NCBI GenBank assembly: GCA_963765495.1 | Contig: CAVXWP010000003.1 | Coordinates: 192,001-256,000 of the forward strand | Length of the DNA: 64,000 nt | Origin: Blastocatellia bacterium | GTDB lineage: Bacteria; Acidobacteriota; Blastocatellia; UBA7656 | Direction of reading: 5' to 3' | Shown here: positions 9,630 to 18,866 of the stretch, piece by piece | How the letters are laid out: each line of letters begins with the position of its first letter | Position numbering within the stretch: position 1 is the stretch's first letter | Notes under the pieces: model-generated | Told to the model about the DNA's origin: nothing | What the model saw: the letters and a program-made list of their open reading frames with translations, nothing else | The model's database searches: none | Position numbers and translations under genes: made by a program

Positions 9630-11063
9630 CTAACCGGCGTGGGAATCAGAGGCTTCTTCGAGCTTTTTCAAACGGTAGCGCAACTGGTCGCGCGATATGC
9701 CAAGCAATTCGGCGGCGCGTGTTTGATTGCCGCCGCTCATCTCAAGGGCCTGAGCGACAAGCGACATCTCCATCTCATCTAACACGATTCCGCTTTGAGG
9801 AAGGCGAAAGCCGTATGATTGCCCTAATTCCTGCGACCCCACAGACGCAGGAGCGGTGGTCTGTCTGATCTCGTCTTCGGAGGCGAGCCCGCGCGGCAGA
9901 TAGGTGTCGGTTATCAGGTCTTCATCTTCGAGAATCATTACGCGCTCAATCACGTTGCGAAGTTCACGGACATTTCCCGGCCAGTTGTAGCGCAGAAAAA
10001 TCTTTGAGACTTCGGGGCTGAGACCGGCGACCCGTCTTCGCAATCGCTCGTTGAAATATTTTATGTAGTGCTCGGCAAGCAGGAGGACATCCTCGGCCCT
10101 CTCTCTGAGCGGCGGAATATCTATTTGAATCACAGAGAGCCTGTAATACAGGTCCACGCGGAAGCGGGCGGCTTCGCTTTCGCTCTTGAGGTCTTTGTTT
10201 GAAGCGGCGATTACGCGCACATCAAGCGGGATGTCCTTTAGCCCTCCGACGCGGCGGAAGGCTCCTTCCTCAAGTACGCGAAGCAGCTTTGCCTGCAAGC
10301 CAAGCTCAAGCTCGCCGATCTCATCAAGGAAGAGCGAGCCCTCTTCGGCCTGCTCAAACAGACCCTCCTTTCGCGCCTTCGCGTCGGTGAATGCTCCCTT
10401 TTCATAGCCGAAGAGTTCCGATTCGATCAGGTTGGCAGGGATCGCGGCGCAATTTATGGCGACGAAGGGAGAGTCGGCGCGGCGCGAACTGTAGTGGATT
10501 GCCTTCGCCACCATATCCTTGCCGGTCCCGGATTCGCCCTGAAGCAGGACGGAGGAGGCTTCGCTTTCAGCCACCTTGCGCGCAAGGTGAAGCATGGCGC
10601 GCATCCCTGGCGATTCGCCTATGATCTGGTCAAAGCTGAACTGCCGGGCGCGCTCGCCTCTAAGGACGCGGACCTCTTTGCGAAGCGATTGAGCTTCGAT
10701 GCCGTTGCGAATCGTCACCTGAAGCTCTTCAAGATTGATGGGCTTGCCTATAAAGTCGTAAGCGCCTCCGCGCAACGCGGCTATTGTGTCGGAGACCTGT
10801 ACATTGCCGGTTATCATTATCACTACCGCGTCGGGCTGGCGTCGTTTTATCTCAAGCAGTATATCGAGGCCGGAGCTATCTGGCAGATTTATGTCAAGCA
10901 ACACGGCCGAAGGCTGTTCGGAATCGAAGGCCGCAAGCCCCGCCCCGCCCGAACTCGCTTCGACGGAATTATATCTCCAGTTTCGGAGGGCTTCCGTGAG
11001 CGACCATCGAACCAGCGGATCATCATCCACAATGAGGATTGTCTCTTTTGTCATTTTCTTCAT
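9630..11063 (-). CDS. Sigma54-dependent response regulator (REC-AAA+-Fis HTH; NtrC/AtoC family)
   Basis: Intact receiver (VDDD, LLD), [30 protein letters not shown] and [15 protein letters not shown]. Confidence 0.95.
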   Translation of the reverse strand: MKKMTKETILIVDDDPLVRWSLTEALRNWRYNSVEASSGGAGLAAFDSEQPSAVLLDINLPDSSGLDILLEIKRRQPDAVVIMITGNVQVSDTIAALRGGAYDFIGKPINLEELQVTIRNGIEAQSLRKEVRVLRGERARQFSFDQIIGESPGMRAMLHLARKVAESEASSVLLQGESGTGKDMVAKAIHYSSRRADSPFVAINCAAIPANLIESELFGYEKGAFTDAKARKEGLFEQAEEGSLFLDEIGELELGLQAKLLRVLEEGAFRRVGGLKDIPLDVRVIAASNKDLKSESEAARFRVDLYYRLSVIQIDIPPLRERAEDVLLLAEHYIKYFNERLRRRVAGLSPEVSKIFLRYNWPGNVRELRNVIERVMILEDEDLITDTYLPRGLASEDEIRQTTAPASVGSQELGQSYGFRLPQSGIVLDEMEMSLVAQALEMSGGNQTRAAELLGISRDQLRYRLKKLEEASDSHAG

Positions 11064-11160
11064 GGAATATAAATACGCGGACGCTTTTTCGCAAACATCT
11101 CAGGCGTTCAGCCCGGGGCAACTATTCAGTTTTCCGCAAAAAACCGAGCAGGGCAGCAGA

Positions 11161-11263
11161 AATAGGCCACGGATGACGCGGATGCGACGGATTTTCGCGG
11201 ATCTGACTCTTTATGAGCTAATCCGCGTAGACCCGCCAAAATCCGCGTTCGTCCCGGCCTATT
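11161..11263. repeat. Palindromic intergenic repeat family A, copy 2 (103 bp)
   Basis: AATAGGCC...GGCCTATT termini with internal CGGAT/ATCCG units at about 9-bp spacing. Confidence 0.85.
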
Positions 11264-11330
11264 ATCGTTTAGCTTGCGCTCAAAATCACCATCACCATTG
11301 TTTGGGGAGAATGCAGTTTCTGAAATCGCG

Positions 11331-14300
11331 CTAGAACGATTTCCACTGAATATGCAACTCGACCTCTTCGGCCTCGCCGCTCTGCCAGGGAAGCGCGATG
11401 TAGCCGTCCGAGCAGTAACGCCTGAACTCTTTTAACATCATCGAATCAAGCAGGGTTCGTTTGTCGGTCGGCACTACGTTCAAGACCTGTTCGGAACAAA
11501 AGACTACAACCTTCTTCTGCGCTCTTGTGACCGAGACATTGAACCGATTGCTGCTTAAGAGGAACTCCGCCTCGGCCATCGCGTACTCAGCGTCGGCTAC
11601 GCCGTAAGAGACAAATATCACCTCTCGCTCTTTGCCCTGCAACTTGTCAACCGTGTCTACAAGCGGCAAGGGTTTGCCCTGCGAGCCGAACCCGAATTTC
11701 CGTAACGCCTGTCTGATGGCGCTGTTTTGCGCGCGGTGCGGAGAGAGCACCGCAAGCCCCCGCCGCGCAAAATCCTGAGACGTGTAAACGAGGTTGTCAC
11801 CCTTGAGGTCGTCTCGCAGGATACGGCTCAACCGTTCGGTCATCTGCGCTATAAGCTCGGCTTCAATCGGATTGCGCGCCGTAAAGCTGCGGGGAGCCGA
11901 GTACCAGCACAAAACGACCGGGCGCGCAGGAAGCAGAAGCGTATCAATCACATCCGCGCCCGTTTCATCAATCGCCGGATCGGTAACGATGCAATTTTTT
12001 GGGAAGATCGAGTTGAACCGCCCGCGATAAAGCACGTCGCGGGGATAGGCCGTGAGCGGCTCGTTCATTCGAAAGTTGTCTTCAAGCTGGAACAGTCGCC
12101 GCTCTTCGGTTTGCGGCTCATCAATCTGCAACCGCTCGATCTGGCTGCGAACGAAGGCAAAGACCGAAGTCAACATGTGTTCGTGCTCTTCGGGGTAGAC
12201 GCCGTGAATGATCGGGGGAAGCTGCTGATCGTCCCCGGCGAGGATGATATTTGAATCGGCCTTGCTCGCGCTGAAGGCAATCAACGCATCGGGCAGCTTC
12301 ATCTGCGAGGCTTCATCAATCAGCACCACATCGAACCACTGCCGAACGGCCCCGCCCGCCTCTTTCATCGCCTTGTAAATGCTCCAGACGGTCGAGCCTG
12401 AAACAAAGCACAGGCTGTCGCTGTTGATATGTGACTCAAGCGATTTGTCATTGATCAACTCGACTCGCTCAGGCAGTTCAAGGTGTGCCGGATTGCCGCT
12501 GCCCTCCATCTGTTTGAGTTCAATGGCTTGCTCATTCAGCCCGTACTCGTCGGCAAGTTCCGCGACTTTCTTCATCACATTGACTATCGCGTGATGAGTG
12601 AAAGCCGAAACCAGTAATCTGATCTTGCGCCCGGTCAATTGCGCGGCCAGAGCGTAACCTAGGAGGATGTATGCGAGCGTATGGGTCTTGCCCGTTCCGG
12701 GTGGCCCCCAGACGAGCGTGAGCGGGTGGGAAAAGACTCCGTGAAAGGCTCGCCATTGCCCCGCGTTCAACAGCCTGTCGCCGTCCCTGCCCGCGTCCGT
12801 CACGATCAGGCGAAGACGCTCTTCAAGCGCATTCGAATCTGAAACTACAGGCCGCCAGTCTGCCGCGCGTCCATCTTTCAGCAGGTCATGGATGTGACGC
12901 GATGCAGAAGGATCGCCGTGCAAACGGCTGAGCACGTCCATTATTTTCGGCGTGTTATAGTCGGAATAAATCTGATCGAGCGCGCACGGGCGGCTGAGGT
13001 CCACCGCCTGTTGAAACTTCTCAGGGCTATCGGGCAGAAGCCTGATGCGCGGCGGATTGCTTGCGAGATCGAACTCCTCGATTCTGACCCTGTAATATCC
13101 AAGCCACCAGTTGGTAGTCTTATCAAAGAGCTTGCCGTCTATTTTGCCTACGAGCGCATCGGGCTCGTCCTCGTTTGTCACTACCAGATTGTAATCGCCC
13201 ACCTCAAACTTTGCGTCGCGCGAGAATGAATCGAATCGAAACCACAGTGAGGGGTCCGGTTGATCGCTTTGGGGTTCGTATTCGAGGCCGCGAATACAGA
13301 TGAATTTATTTGTGCGATCCTCGACCGGCAGTGTGTGGGTGTGCTTGACAGCCAGTTCATCGAGCGAGTTCTCCATCATCGCGAAGACTCGCAAAGCTTC
13401 AAGCATCTGAAAATCCAGCGGATTGAAATCACCATAAAGCTGAAACGGCTCTTTCCTGAGCCGCAGGCCGTCTCTGTACTCTTGCTTGAGCCTTCTGATA
13501 ACCGAATCGGTTGCCCGCAGTTTTGCAAGCAGGGTCTTTTCGATCTGCTCAAGTATCTCGGTCGCCGTCAGATCGAACTGCCCTTCTACCGAATAGCTAT
13601 TTCCTTCCCATACATCGTGAATGCGCTCGAATGCCACCTGATTGGATGAGTCCCAGGCAAAACCGTATTTATAGCGGAACGTGTAGCCGTTATCTTCGCC
13701 GGTCTTGCTGCGAGGCTGGAAGGCTTCGGACACCGATCTCAGATCGAACTGGTAGGGCGTTGGAAGGGCAACGAGCGCGCCGAGCGTCTGGGTCACTACA
13801 GTGCCGGGTACGGAACGAAATGTAGAGGCGTCGGGAATAAGCGATTCGGTCGGAAAGATGCGGATGAGTCGCGTCAGTTCGGCGAGCAGATCAGGGCGCT
13901 CGTCATTGAAAAGATTGCGCTCGACAAGACCTCGCAGATTCTTCAGATCTATACTGTCATACAGATAGAAATGGAGTTTTTTCAAGTTACGCCTGAACGC
14001 CCGCAACGCATCATCCTCTGCGACCTTTACGGATTTCTGCGCCTGTTTGTGCGCCTCTTTCAACGCTTCGCGCTGGCTGGTCAACTCTTCGTAATTGGGG
14101 TTTGTTCTTCGCAGAGGTTGATGCTCGGCCTTGAAATCATCGAGCGTTTTTTTTGCCGTTTCCGCCTTCTGTCGGGCGGCGATTACCTGCGGGTCGCTTT
14201 CGACTGAAAAACTCTCGATAAGTGCGCGATTATCGCCGTCCACACGCTCAAGAATCTCGTTCAACACATGCAGAAATCGGAAGAGGACGTCGGCTTCCGT

Positions 14301-15548
14301 GCCTTTCTGTTTTGCGATAAAGATATGCTCGGAACCGATTGGGCGATTTTTTGCGGCGTCCCAGCCTTCGAATGTTTTCAGCCCGAGCGCGAAACAGGTG
14401 TTTGTGACCGGGTCGTGTTCAACCGCGAGCGTGATGCGAATGTCCTCCTTTTGCGGCATCAAAAGCGTCATCGAATCGAGCGACCTCGGCAGCCCGTCTT
14501 CAAGCGCATGCGCGCGGGCTACGTAGCGGTCGAGATTGACCGTCAGATCATAGCCCGCCGTCCTGACTCGATTGAGCAGGTCGGCATCATCTACGCGGGC
14601 AAGTTCCCGATGAGTGCGGATACCTGCGTGCCGTAATTGCCTGCGCGATTCCGATGTCATATAGGCGATGCGCGAAAGATCGAAACCGGCGTCGGCTTCC
14701 GCTCGGCAATGGTCGGCGTATTCGCACGTCATGCACCCTGACGAAACGTGGAAATGCGCGTCGGCTGCCGACGTGTTGAGCAGTTTCGGAATCTGCTCGC
14801 TCAGGAATTCCGCCACTGCCAGCCGATATGGAGCCAGTTCAAATACTTCCGGTTCAGGCTCGCGCGAACGGATCACGGCATAATCCAGATCAACCGCGAC
14901 ACCGGCAACCCCCGTATCTCTAGCTCTCGCGTCTCGAAGCGCGAAATCGAGCAGGTATGAGTAGTATGCGACCTGTATGAAGTGTTCGTGGCGCGCAGCG
15001 GCGGCGGCCTTGTAATCCCAGATGCGGAGTTTGTAGGGGTCGCCTTTTGTCGAGGGCGATATAAGTTCCAGCAGGTCGGGCCGCCCCGGACTGAGCATAA
15101 CCAGATCAGGATCGAGCCCAAAGCCCTTTATGAAATTCTCTTGCTGTTCTGCGTTCAGCAGGATTTCAAGTTGCGCGATAAAGAGCGGAAAGGGCTGCTG
15201 TTTGAATGCCACAAGGAACCGGTCAAACGGCAGATCGCGCACCGTGCGCCGGGACTTTTGCTCGTCGAATCCGGCAAACAGTACGCTACCCGCGCCGTGC
15301 AGATCAATAAGACCCTGTATGCTATCCGCCTCGAAATTGTATCCCGCGTTCATCAGCCGCACGACACCGGGGCGGGTGTTCTTCTTGATTCTGCGCGATA
15401 CCCCCCAGCCAATGCCGGGACGCTCGCGCAGATCGCCGGGCACGGTGTTCCATCTGAAGTTGCGGTCGCAGCGATGGCGAAACCATGCGGCAATGTCGGT
15501 CGGTCTGAGTCTGAATCTCTGTAAGCTTGAAGCGGATTCGCCTGTCAT
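11331..15548 (-). CDS. RecB/Cas4-like PD-(D/E)xK nuclease fused to a Dna2/UPF1-type SF1B helicase
   Basis: Nuclease motifs GRPDLL, WDYK, QVAYY and CMTCEYADHC (plus an N-terminal Cys). Helicase motifs GPPGTGKT, IDEASQ, GDDQQLPP, TVDKLQGKE and RFNVSVTRAQ. GGGAGG precedes ATG 15548. Confidence 0.88.
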   Translation of the reverse strand: MTGESASSLQRFRLRPTDIAAWFRHRCDRNFRWNTVPGDLRERPGIGWGVSRRIKKNTRPGVVRLMNAGYNFEADSIQGLIDLHGAGSVLFAGFDEQKSRRTVRDLPFDRFLVAFKQQPFPLFIAQLEILLNAEQQENFIKGFGLDPDLVMLSPGRPDLLELISPSTKGDPYKLRIWDYKAAAAARHEHFIQVAYYSYLLDFALRDARARDTGVAGVAVDLDYAVIRSREPEPEVFELAPYRLAVAEFLSEQIPKLLNTSAADAHFHVSSGCMTCEYADHCRAEADAGFDLSRIAYMTSESRRQLRHAGIRTHRELARVDDADLLNRVRTAGYDLTVNLDRYVARAHALEDGLPRSLDSMTLLMPQKEDIRITLAVEHDPVTNTCFALGLKTFEGWDAAKNRPIGSEHIFIAKQKGTEADVLFRFLHVLNEILERVDGDNRALIESFSVESDPQVIAARQKAETAKKTLDDFKAEHQPLRRTNPNYEELTSQREALKEAHKQAQKSVKVAEDDALRAFRRNLKKLHFYLYDSIDLKNLRGLVERNLFNDERPDLLAELTRLIRIFPTESLIPDASTFRSVPGTVVTQTLGALVALPTPYQFDLRSVSEAFQPRSKTGEDNGYTFRYKYGFAWDSSNQVAFERIHDVWEGNSYSVEGQFDLTATEILEQIEKTLLAKLRATDSVIRRLKQEYRDGLRLRKEPFQLYGDFNPLDFQMLEALRVFAMMENSLDELAVKHTHTLPVEDRTNKFICIRGLEYEPQSDQPDPSLWFRFDSFSRDAKFEVGDYNLVVTNEDEPDALVGKIDGKLFDKTTNWWLGYYRVRIEEFDLASNPPRIRLLPDSPEKFQQAVDLSRPCALDQIYSDYNTPKIMDVLSRLHGDPSASRHIHDLLKDGRAADWRPVVSDSNALEERLRLIVTDAGRDGDRLLNAGQWRAFHGVFSHPLTLVWGPPGTGKTHTLAYILLGYALAAQLTGRKIRLLVSAFTHHAIVNVMKKVAELADEYGLNEQAIELKQMEGSGNPAHLELPERVELINDKSLESHINSDSLCFVSGSTVWSIYKAMKEAGGAVRQWFDVVLIDEASQMKLPDALIAFSASKADSNIILAGDDQQLPPIIHGVYPEEHEHMLTSVFAFVRSQIERLQIDEPQTEERRLFQLEDNFRMNEPLTAYPRDVLYRGRFNSIFPKNCIVTDPAIDETGADVIDTLLLPARPVVLCWYSAPRSFTARNPIEAELIAQMTERLSRILRDDLKGDNLVYTSQDFARRGLAVLSPHRAQNSAIRQALRKFGFGSQGKPLPLVDTVDKLQGKEREVIFVSYGVADAEYAMAEAEFLLSSNRFNVSVTRAQKKVVVFCSEQVLNVVPTDKRTLLDSMMLKEFRRYCSDGYIALPWQSGEAEEVELHIQWKSF

Positions 15549-15719
15549 AGCTTGCCTCCCCGAGGTTCGATGGAACAAAAGATATTCTCAGATGCGCTCT
15601 GAGGGCAAGGCCATTTCACTCCAAAGCATTCGGCCCTTTGACAGAGTTAATACCAAATCTCCTCAGATAGAGACGATAAAGATCACATAGCCCCATAATT
15701 TGAGCGGGAGGCTTGCTTT

Positions 15720-15822
15720 AATAGGCCGCGGACGGACGCGGATGCGGCGGATTTTCGCGGATTAGATCAAATAGGATCAGATCCGCGTAGATCCGCCGCA
15801 TCCGCGTCCGTCCCGGCCTATT
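15720..15822. repeat. Palindromic intergenic repeat family A, copy 3 (103 bp)
   Basis: AATAGGCCGCGGACGGACGCGGATGCGGCGGAT...ATCCGCCGCATCCGCGTCCGTCCCGGCCTATT. Confidence 0.85.
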
Positions 15823-15962
15823 TCAAATATTCTAACCAGCATGTTGAAAATCTTTATGATTTTACGAATTCGAGCGTTAAACCTCATCTTCTAAATAGAT
15901 TTGGTATAACTGGACTTAGAGAGACTCGACTGGATTTGCTTTAATCTCGTGAAATCCACTGT

Positions 15963-16004
15963 AACAACTGTAACAGGCTGTGACCCGGCGCTGTTACAGT
16001 TGTT
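15963..16004. promoter_or_regulatory. Inverted repeat with TGTAACA boxes (putative activator site)
   Basis: AACAACTGTAACAG-N14-CTGTTACAGTTGTT has perfect 14-bp arms. Confidence 0.6.
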
Positions 16005-16060
16005 TATTGCTTTATAAACATAAGAAACAGGGGGGAACGAAAACCCGCCTGTCCGGCTCG

Positions 16061-16080
16061 TGTAACATTTGCCTGTTACA
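16061..16080. promoter_or_regulatory. TGTAACA-N6-TGTTACA palindrome (putative UAS)
   Basis: Perfect palindrome 100-120 bp upstream of the -24 element. Confidence 0.65.
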
Positions 16081-16179
16081 CTCTGCTTCTTCAAGGAGCC
16101 CGGCCCGCATCTGAGGAATTTCTCTGATCGCTTTTGGTTTGAGTCGTTTATGAGCCTGCCGAAACACCCGGGATCGGTC

Positions 16180-16195
16180 GGGAACAAATCGTGCA
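16180..16195 (+). promoter_or_regulatory. Putative sigma54 promoter of the eCIS operon
   Basis: gGGAACaaatcgTGCA gives GG-N10-GC and is followed by AAGGAG and ATG 16226. Confidence 0.65.
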
Positions 16196-16225
16196 TATTG
16201 AAAGCCCGCCAAAGGAGACATCAAA

Positions 16226-17014
16226 ATGCCAGATGCAACCTCACTGACTCCCGCAGAGGAGTTGAAACAATTACAGGATAAATTGGATAAGGCAAAGGCC
16301 CAGATTGCGGCGCTATCAAAAGAGACGGACCAGTTGAACAGCAAAGTAACCGATCTAGGCAAGACCGTGAAAGAGATCGAAGCCAACGGCAGTTCATGGG
16401 AAGCGGATCGCAAAGGCATTCAGGAGAGCAAAGATAAGGAAATAAAATTCCACGATGACCGACTGGCCACGCTCAAATGCCACTTGAGCGAAGAGGAGAG
16501 CCAGAGTGTCAATGACAAGAAGAAGGCCGTCGAAGATGAGATCAATCAACTCGCAGAAGAGATCCAAAAACTTCAGGGGGAAATAAAAGAGTTACAAGAA
16601 GCCTACGGCCAGGCGCAGGGCGATACCTCCGATAAGAGAAAGAACTACGAGAGACAGAGGGACCTGGCAAAGAATGACAAAGCGATATTGACCGATCTGG
16701 CCGCATTGCGCGCGCTTGTCGAAGGCGACTATGCAAAGGGCAACTACGAGCGCATGTATTTCTATATTCTCGAAATAGGCGATGACCTGAGCGGTCTGGA
16801 TGTTCCTGATTCGAAGGAATACGAGCTACGGTTGAACGAGGCGGCGGCGGCGGTCTCGGTTGCGACGGGTGCCGAGGCAAAGGCAAAGGCCGATCTGGAT
16901 GCTTCGGTCGCAGAACTCGCAAGCAAACAAAAGGCATTTAGCGAGAAGATAGCCGCCAGGCGCAAGGATGTCCTCGATTCGATAGGGCAGACCGTAGCGG
17001 CATCACCGGCCTGA
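16226..17014 (+). CDS. Coiled-coil hypothetical protein, first gene of the eCIS operon
   Basis: Strong RBS; heptad-rich E/K/Q/A sequence over most of its 262 aa. Confidence 0.8.
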   Translation: MPDATSLTPAEELKQLQDKLDKAKAQIAALSKETDQLNSKVTDLGKTVKEIEANGSSWEADRKGIQESKDKEIKFHDDRLATLKCHLSEEESQSVNDKKKAVEDEINQLAEEIQKLQGEIKELQEAYGQAQGDTSDKRKNYERQRDLAKNDKAILTDLAALRALVEGDYAKGNYERMYFYILEIGDDLSGLDVPDSKEYELRLNEAAAAVSVATGAEAKAKADLDASVAELASKQKAFSEKIAARRKDVLDSIGQTVAASPA

Positions 17015-17056
17015 ATTGACCGAGAAGGCCCCTCAAAAAAGTGGAACTCGAACCTC

Positions 17057-17305
17057 ATGGAAATACGGGAAACAGATCGCTCCGAACTCGGTGAGGGCAG
17101 ATATGCGAATTATTTCGAGATAGGCCATAACGCATTTGAATTCCTGCTTGATCTGGGTCAACTGGGTGTTGAGACCGACACCGCGCGCATATATATGCGG
17201 GTCATCACATCACCTCTGGGCGCGAGAAACCTGTGCCATCTGCTAAACGAAGCACTGGCCGAATACCGAAAGTCGTTTGGGCCGATACGACACGAAGACG
17301 AATGA
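17057..17305 (+). CDS. DUF3467-like small protein
   Basis: EGRYANYFEIGHNAFEFLLDLGQ...RVITSPLGARNL resembles the DUF3467 pattern. Confidence 0.7.
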   Translation: MEIRETDRSELGEGRYANYFEIGHNAFEFLLDLGQLGVETDTARIYMRVITSPLGARNLCHLLNEALAEYRKSFGPIRHEDE

Positions 17306-17317
17306 CGGGAGTGAGAT

Positions 17318-17917
17318 TTGGGGAGCTACAAGATCATCTCGGAGGTGAGCAAGTTACTTCATAAGACGCTGTGGAACGGCTTCAAGGACGATGAAGTACT
17401 GACTCAGTACGTGCCCGGCGAAGGCTCCATCGTGTTGCTCAACCCGGCCGATACCGTAGATAACGAGGATCGTCGGCTTTCGCTGTGGCTTTATCAGGTA
17501 CAGGAAAACGGCTTCATGCGCAATCAGCCTCCATCGCGCATCCCTCAACAGGACGACACGGTGCGGTTCCCGCCGTTGATCTTGAATCTTTATTACCTGC
17601 TCACGCCTTCGACAAAGAACGTGGAAGGCGACCAGATGGTGCTCGGGCGCTCGATGCAAATCTTTCACGACAACTCGATCCTGCTGCTCGAAAGCGTAGA
17701 GCAGCCCGACACGTCCGAAGAGTTGCACCTAGGCATGTGTCAGCGCGATTTGCGCGAGCTTGCCGAGGTGTGGGAAGCCTTGCAGCAACCTTATCACCTT
17801 TCGGTTTGCTATGAAGTGCGAGTGACCAGAATAGATTCGGAGCGCACCGAACAGACCGGACGCATTCAGGAACGCGCGACCGATTTCCAACAGAACCAGG
17901 CCGGGGCTTCGGGGTAG
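17318..17917 (+). CDS. DUF4255 / Pvc16 (Afp16)-like cap / tail terminator
   Basis: Motifs LSLWLYQVQEN, PPLILNLYYLLTP and VWEALQQPYHLSVCYEV. Confidence 0.9.
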   Translation: MGSYKIISEVSKLLHKTLWNGFKDDEVLTQYVPGEGSIVLLNPADTVDNEDRRLSLWLYQVQENGFMRNQPPSRIPQQDDTVRFPPLILNLYYLLTPSTKNVEGDQMVLGRSMQIFHDNSILLLESVEQPDTSEELHLGMCQRDLRELAEVWEALQQPYHLSVCYEVRVTRIDSERTEQTGRIQERATDFQQNQAGASG

Positions 17918-17921
17918 AGAG

Positions 17922-18851
17922 ATGGCTTTGATCTTCGAGAGATTCACAAACGCACCCATAGGCGCGATCACGCTCATAGATCAGTTCGCGAAAGTTCGCG
18001 GCACGCGCGGAGCCTTTCCTACGGTGATGGGTGGAATCCAGTTTCTTCTGGTGGCCCAGATTCTCGGAGGCAACACTTTGACCTTTGACCCGCCGCTTCG
18101 CGTGGAGGCCCGGCCCAATCCGAGCGGAGTCTACCTCTTTGCAAACGAGGTTAAGATAGACGGAGGGCCGATTATCTCCTTCCCCCTGGGCCGCTACCGC
18201 CTGCTTATAGAAAGCGATTTCTATCAGTCTCTGGAACAGGACCTGGACTTTCCTCTCGACTTCGCAAATATGCCTGTTTTCGATTTGCTGCCCGGCCCGG
18301 CCTACCCGTTCCCGGACCTGACGCCAAAGCAAAACCGCTTGACGCTCTTGCGTGGCAGCCTGTTTGAAACCGGGGGCGGTAGACCCATAGCCGGGGCGAC
18401 GGTGACGATCACAGCCTCCGCAGATGACTGGTCTTTTAAGAGTTGTTTGACCGGCAAGACCGGCGACTGGGTGCTGGCAACGAGCCTCGACCCGACCGAA
18501 CAGCCCCGCGCGCTCAGGCTCCGCTTTACGTTACCCGACGAGAGTTCGTTCGAAGTTGAAAACGTCGTGGTGCGTCCGGGTGCTGACAACAGCCTGCCGC
18601 AGACGGCGCTGCGCGGGTCTGTGCTTGACGCTCGGGGGACGCCGATTCCGCGCTCGATTATTTCAGTCTCGGCCCAGCCCGGCAATTCAATTACTGCCGC
18701 CAACGGGCAATGGTTTTTCTACCTGAGCATGCTCCAGCCCGACACGCAAGCGCGTGTCACCGCGCGCGTCCCCGACGGCCGCACGCAGGAGCAGGACGTG
18801 CAAATACGAAGCCGCGCGACGGTCGTCGTTCCGACCTTCGAATTGCCATGA
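17922..18851 (+). CDS. Carboxypeptidase-regulatory-like (beta-sandwich) repeat protein
   Basis: LLPGPAYPFP followed by two repeats, LRGSL..GGRPIAGATVTI and LRGSV..RGTPIPRSIISV. Confidence 0.7.
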   Translation: MALIFERFTNAPIGAITLIDQFAKVRGTRGAFPTVMGGIQFLLVAQILGGNTLTFDPPLRVEARPNPSGVYLFANEVKIDGGPIISFPLGRYRLLIESDFYQSLEQDLDFPLDFANMPVFDLLPGPAYPFPDLTPKQNRLTLLRGSLFETGGGRPIAGATVTITASADDWSFKSCLTGKTGDWVLATSLDPTEQPRALRLRFTLPDESSFEVENVVVRPGADNSLPQTALRGSVLDARGTPIPRSIISVSAQPGNSITAANGQWFFYLSMLQPDTQARVTARVPDGRTQEQDVQIRSRATVVVPTFELP

Positions 18852-18866
18852 ATTAAGGAGATCACA

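Noticed and set aside
11161-15822. Composite transposon or IS element
   Set aside because: No transposase and no evident target-site duplication; each flank is itself a palindrome rather than one of a pair of IS ends.
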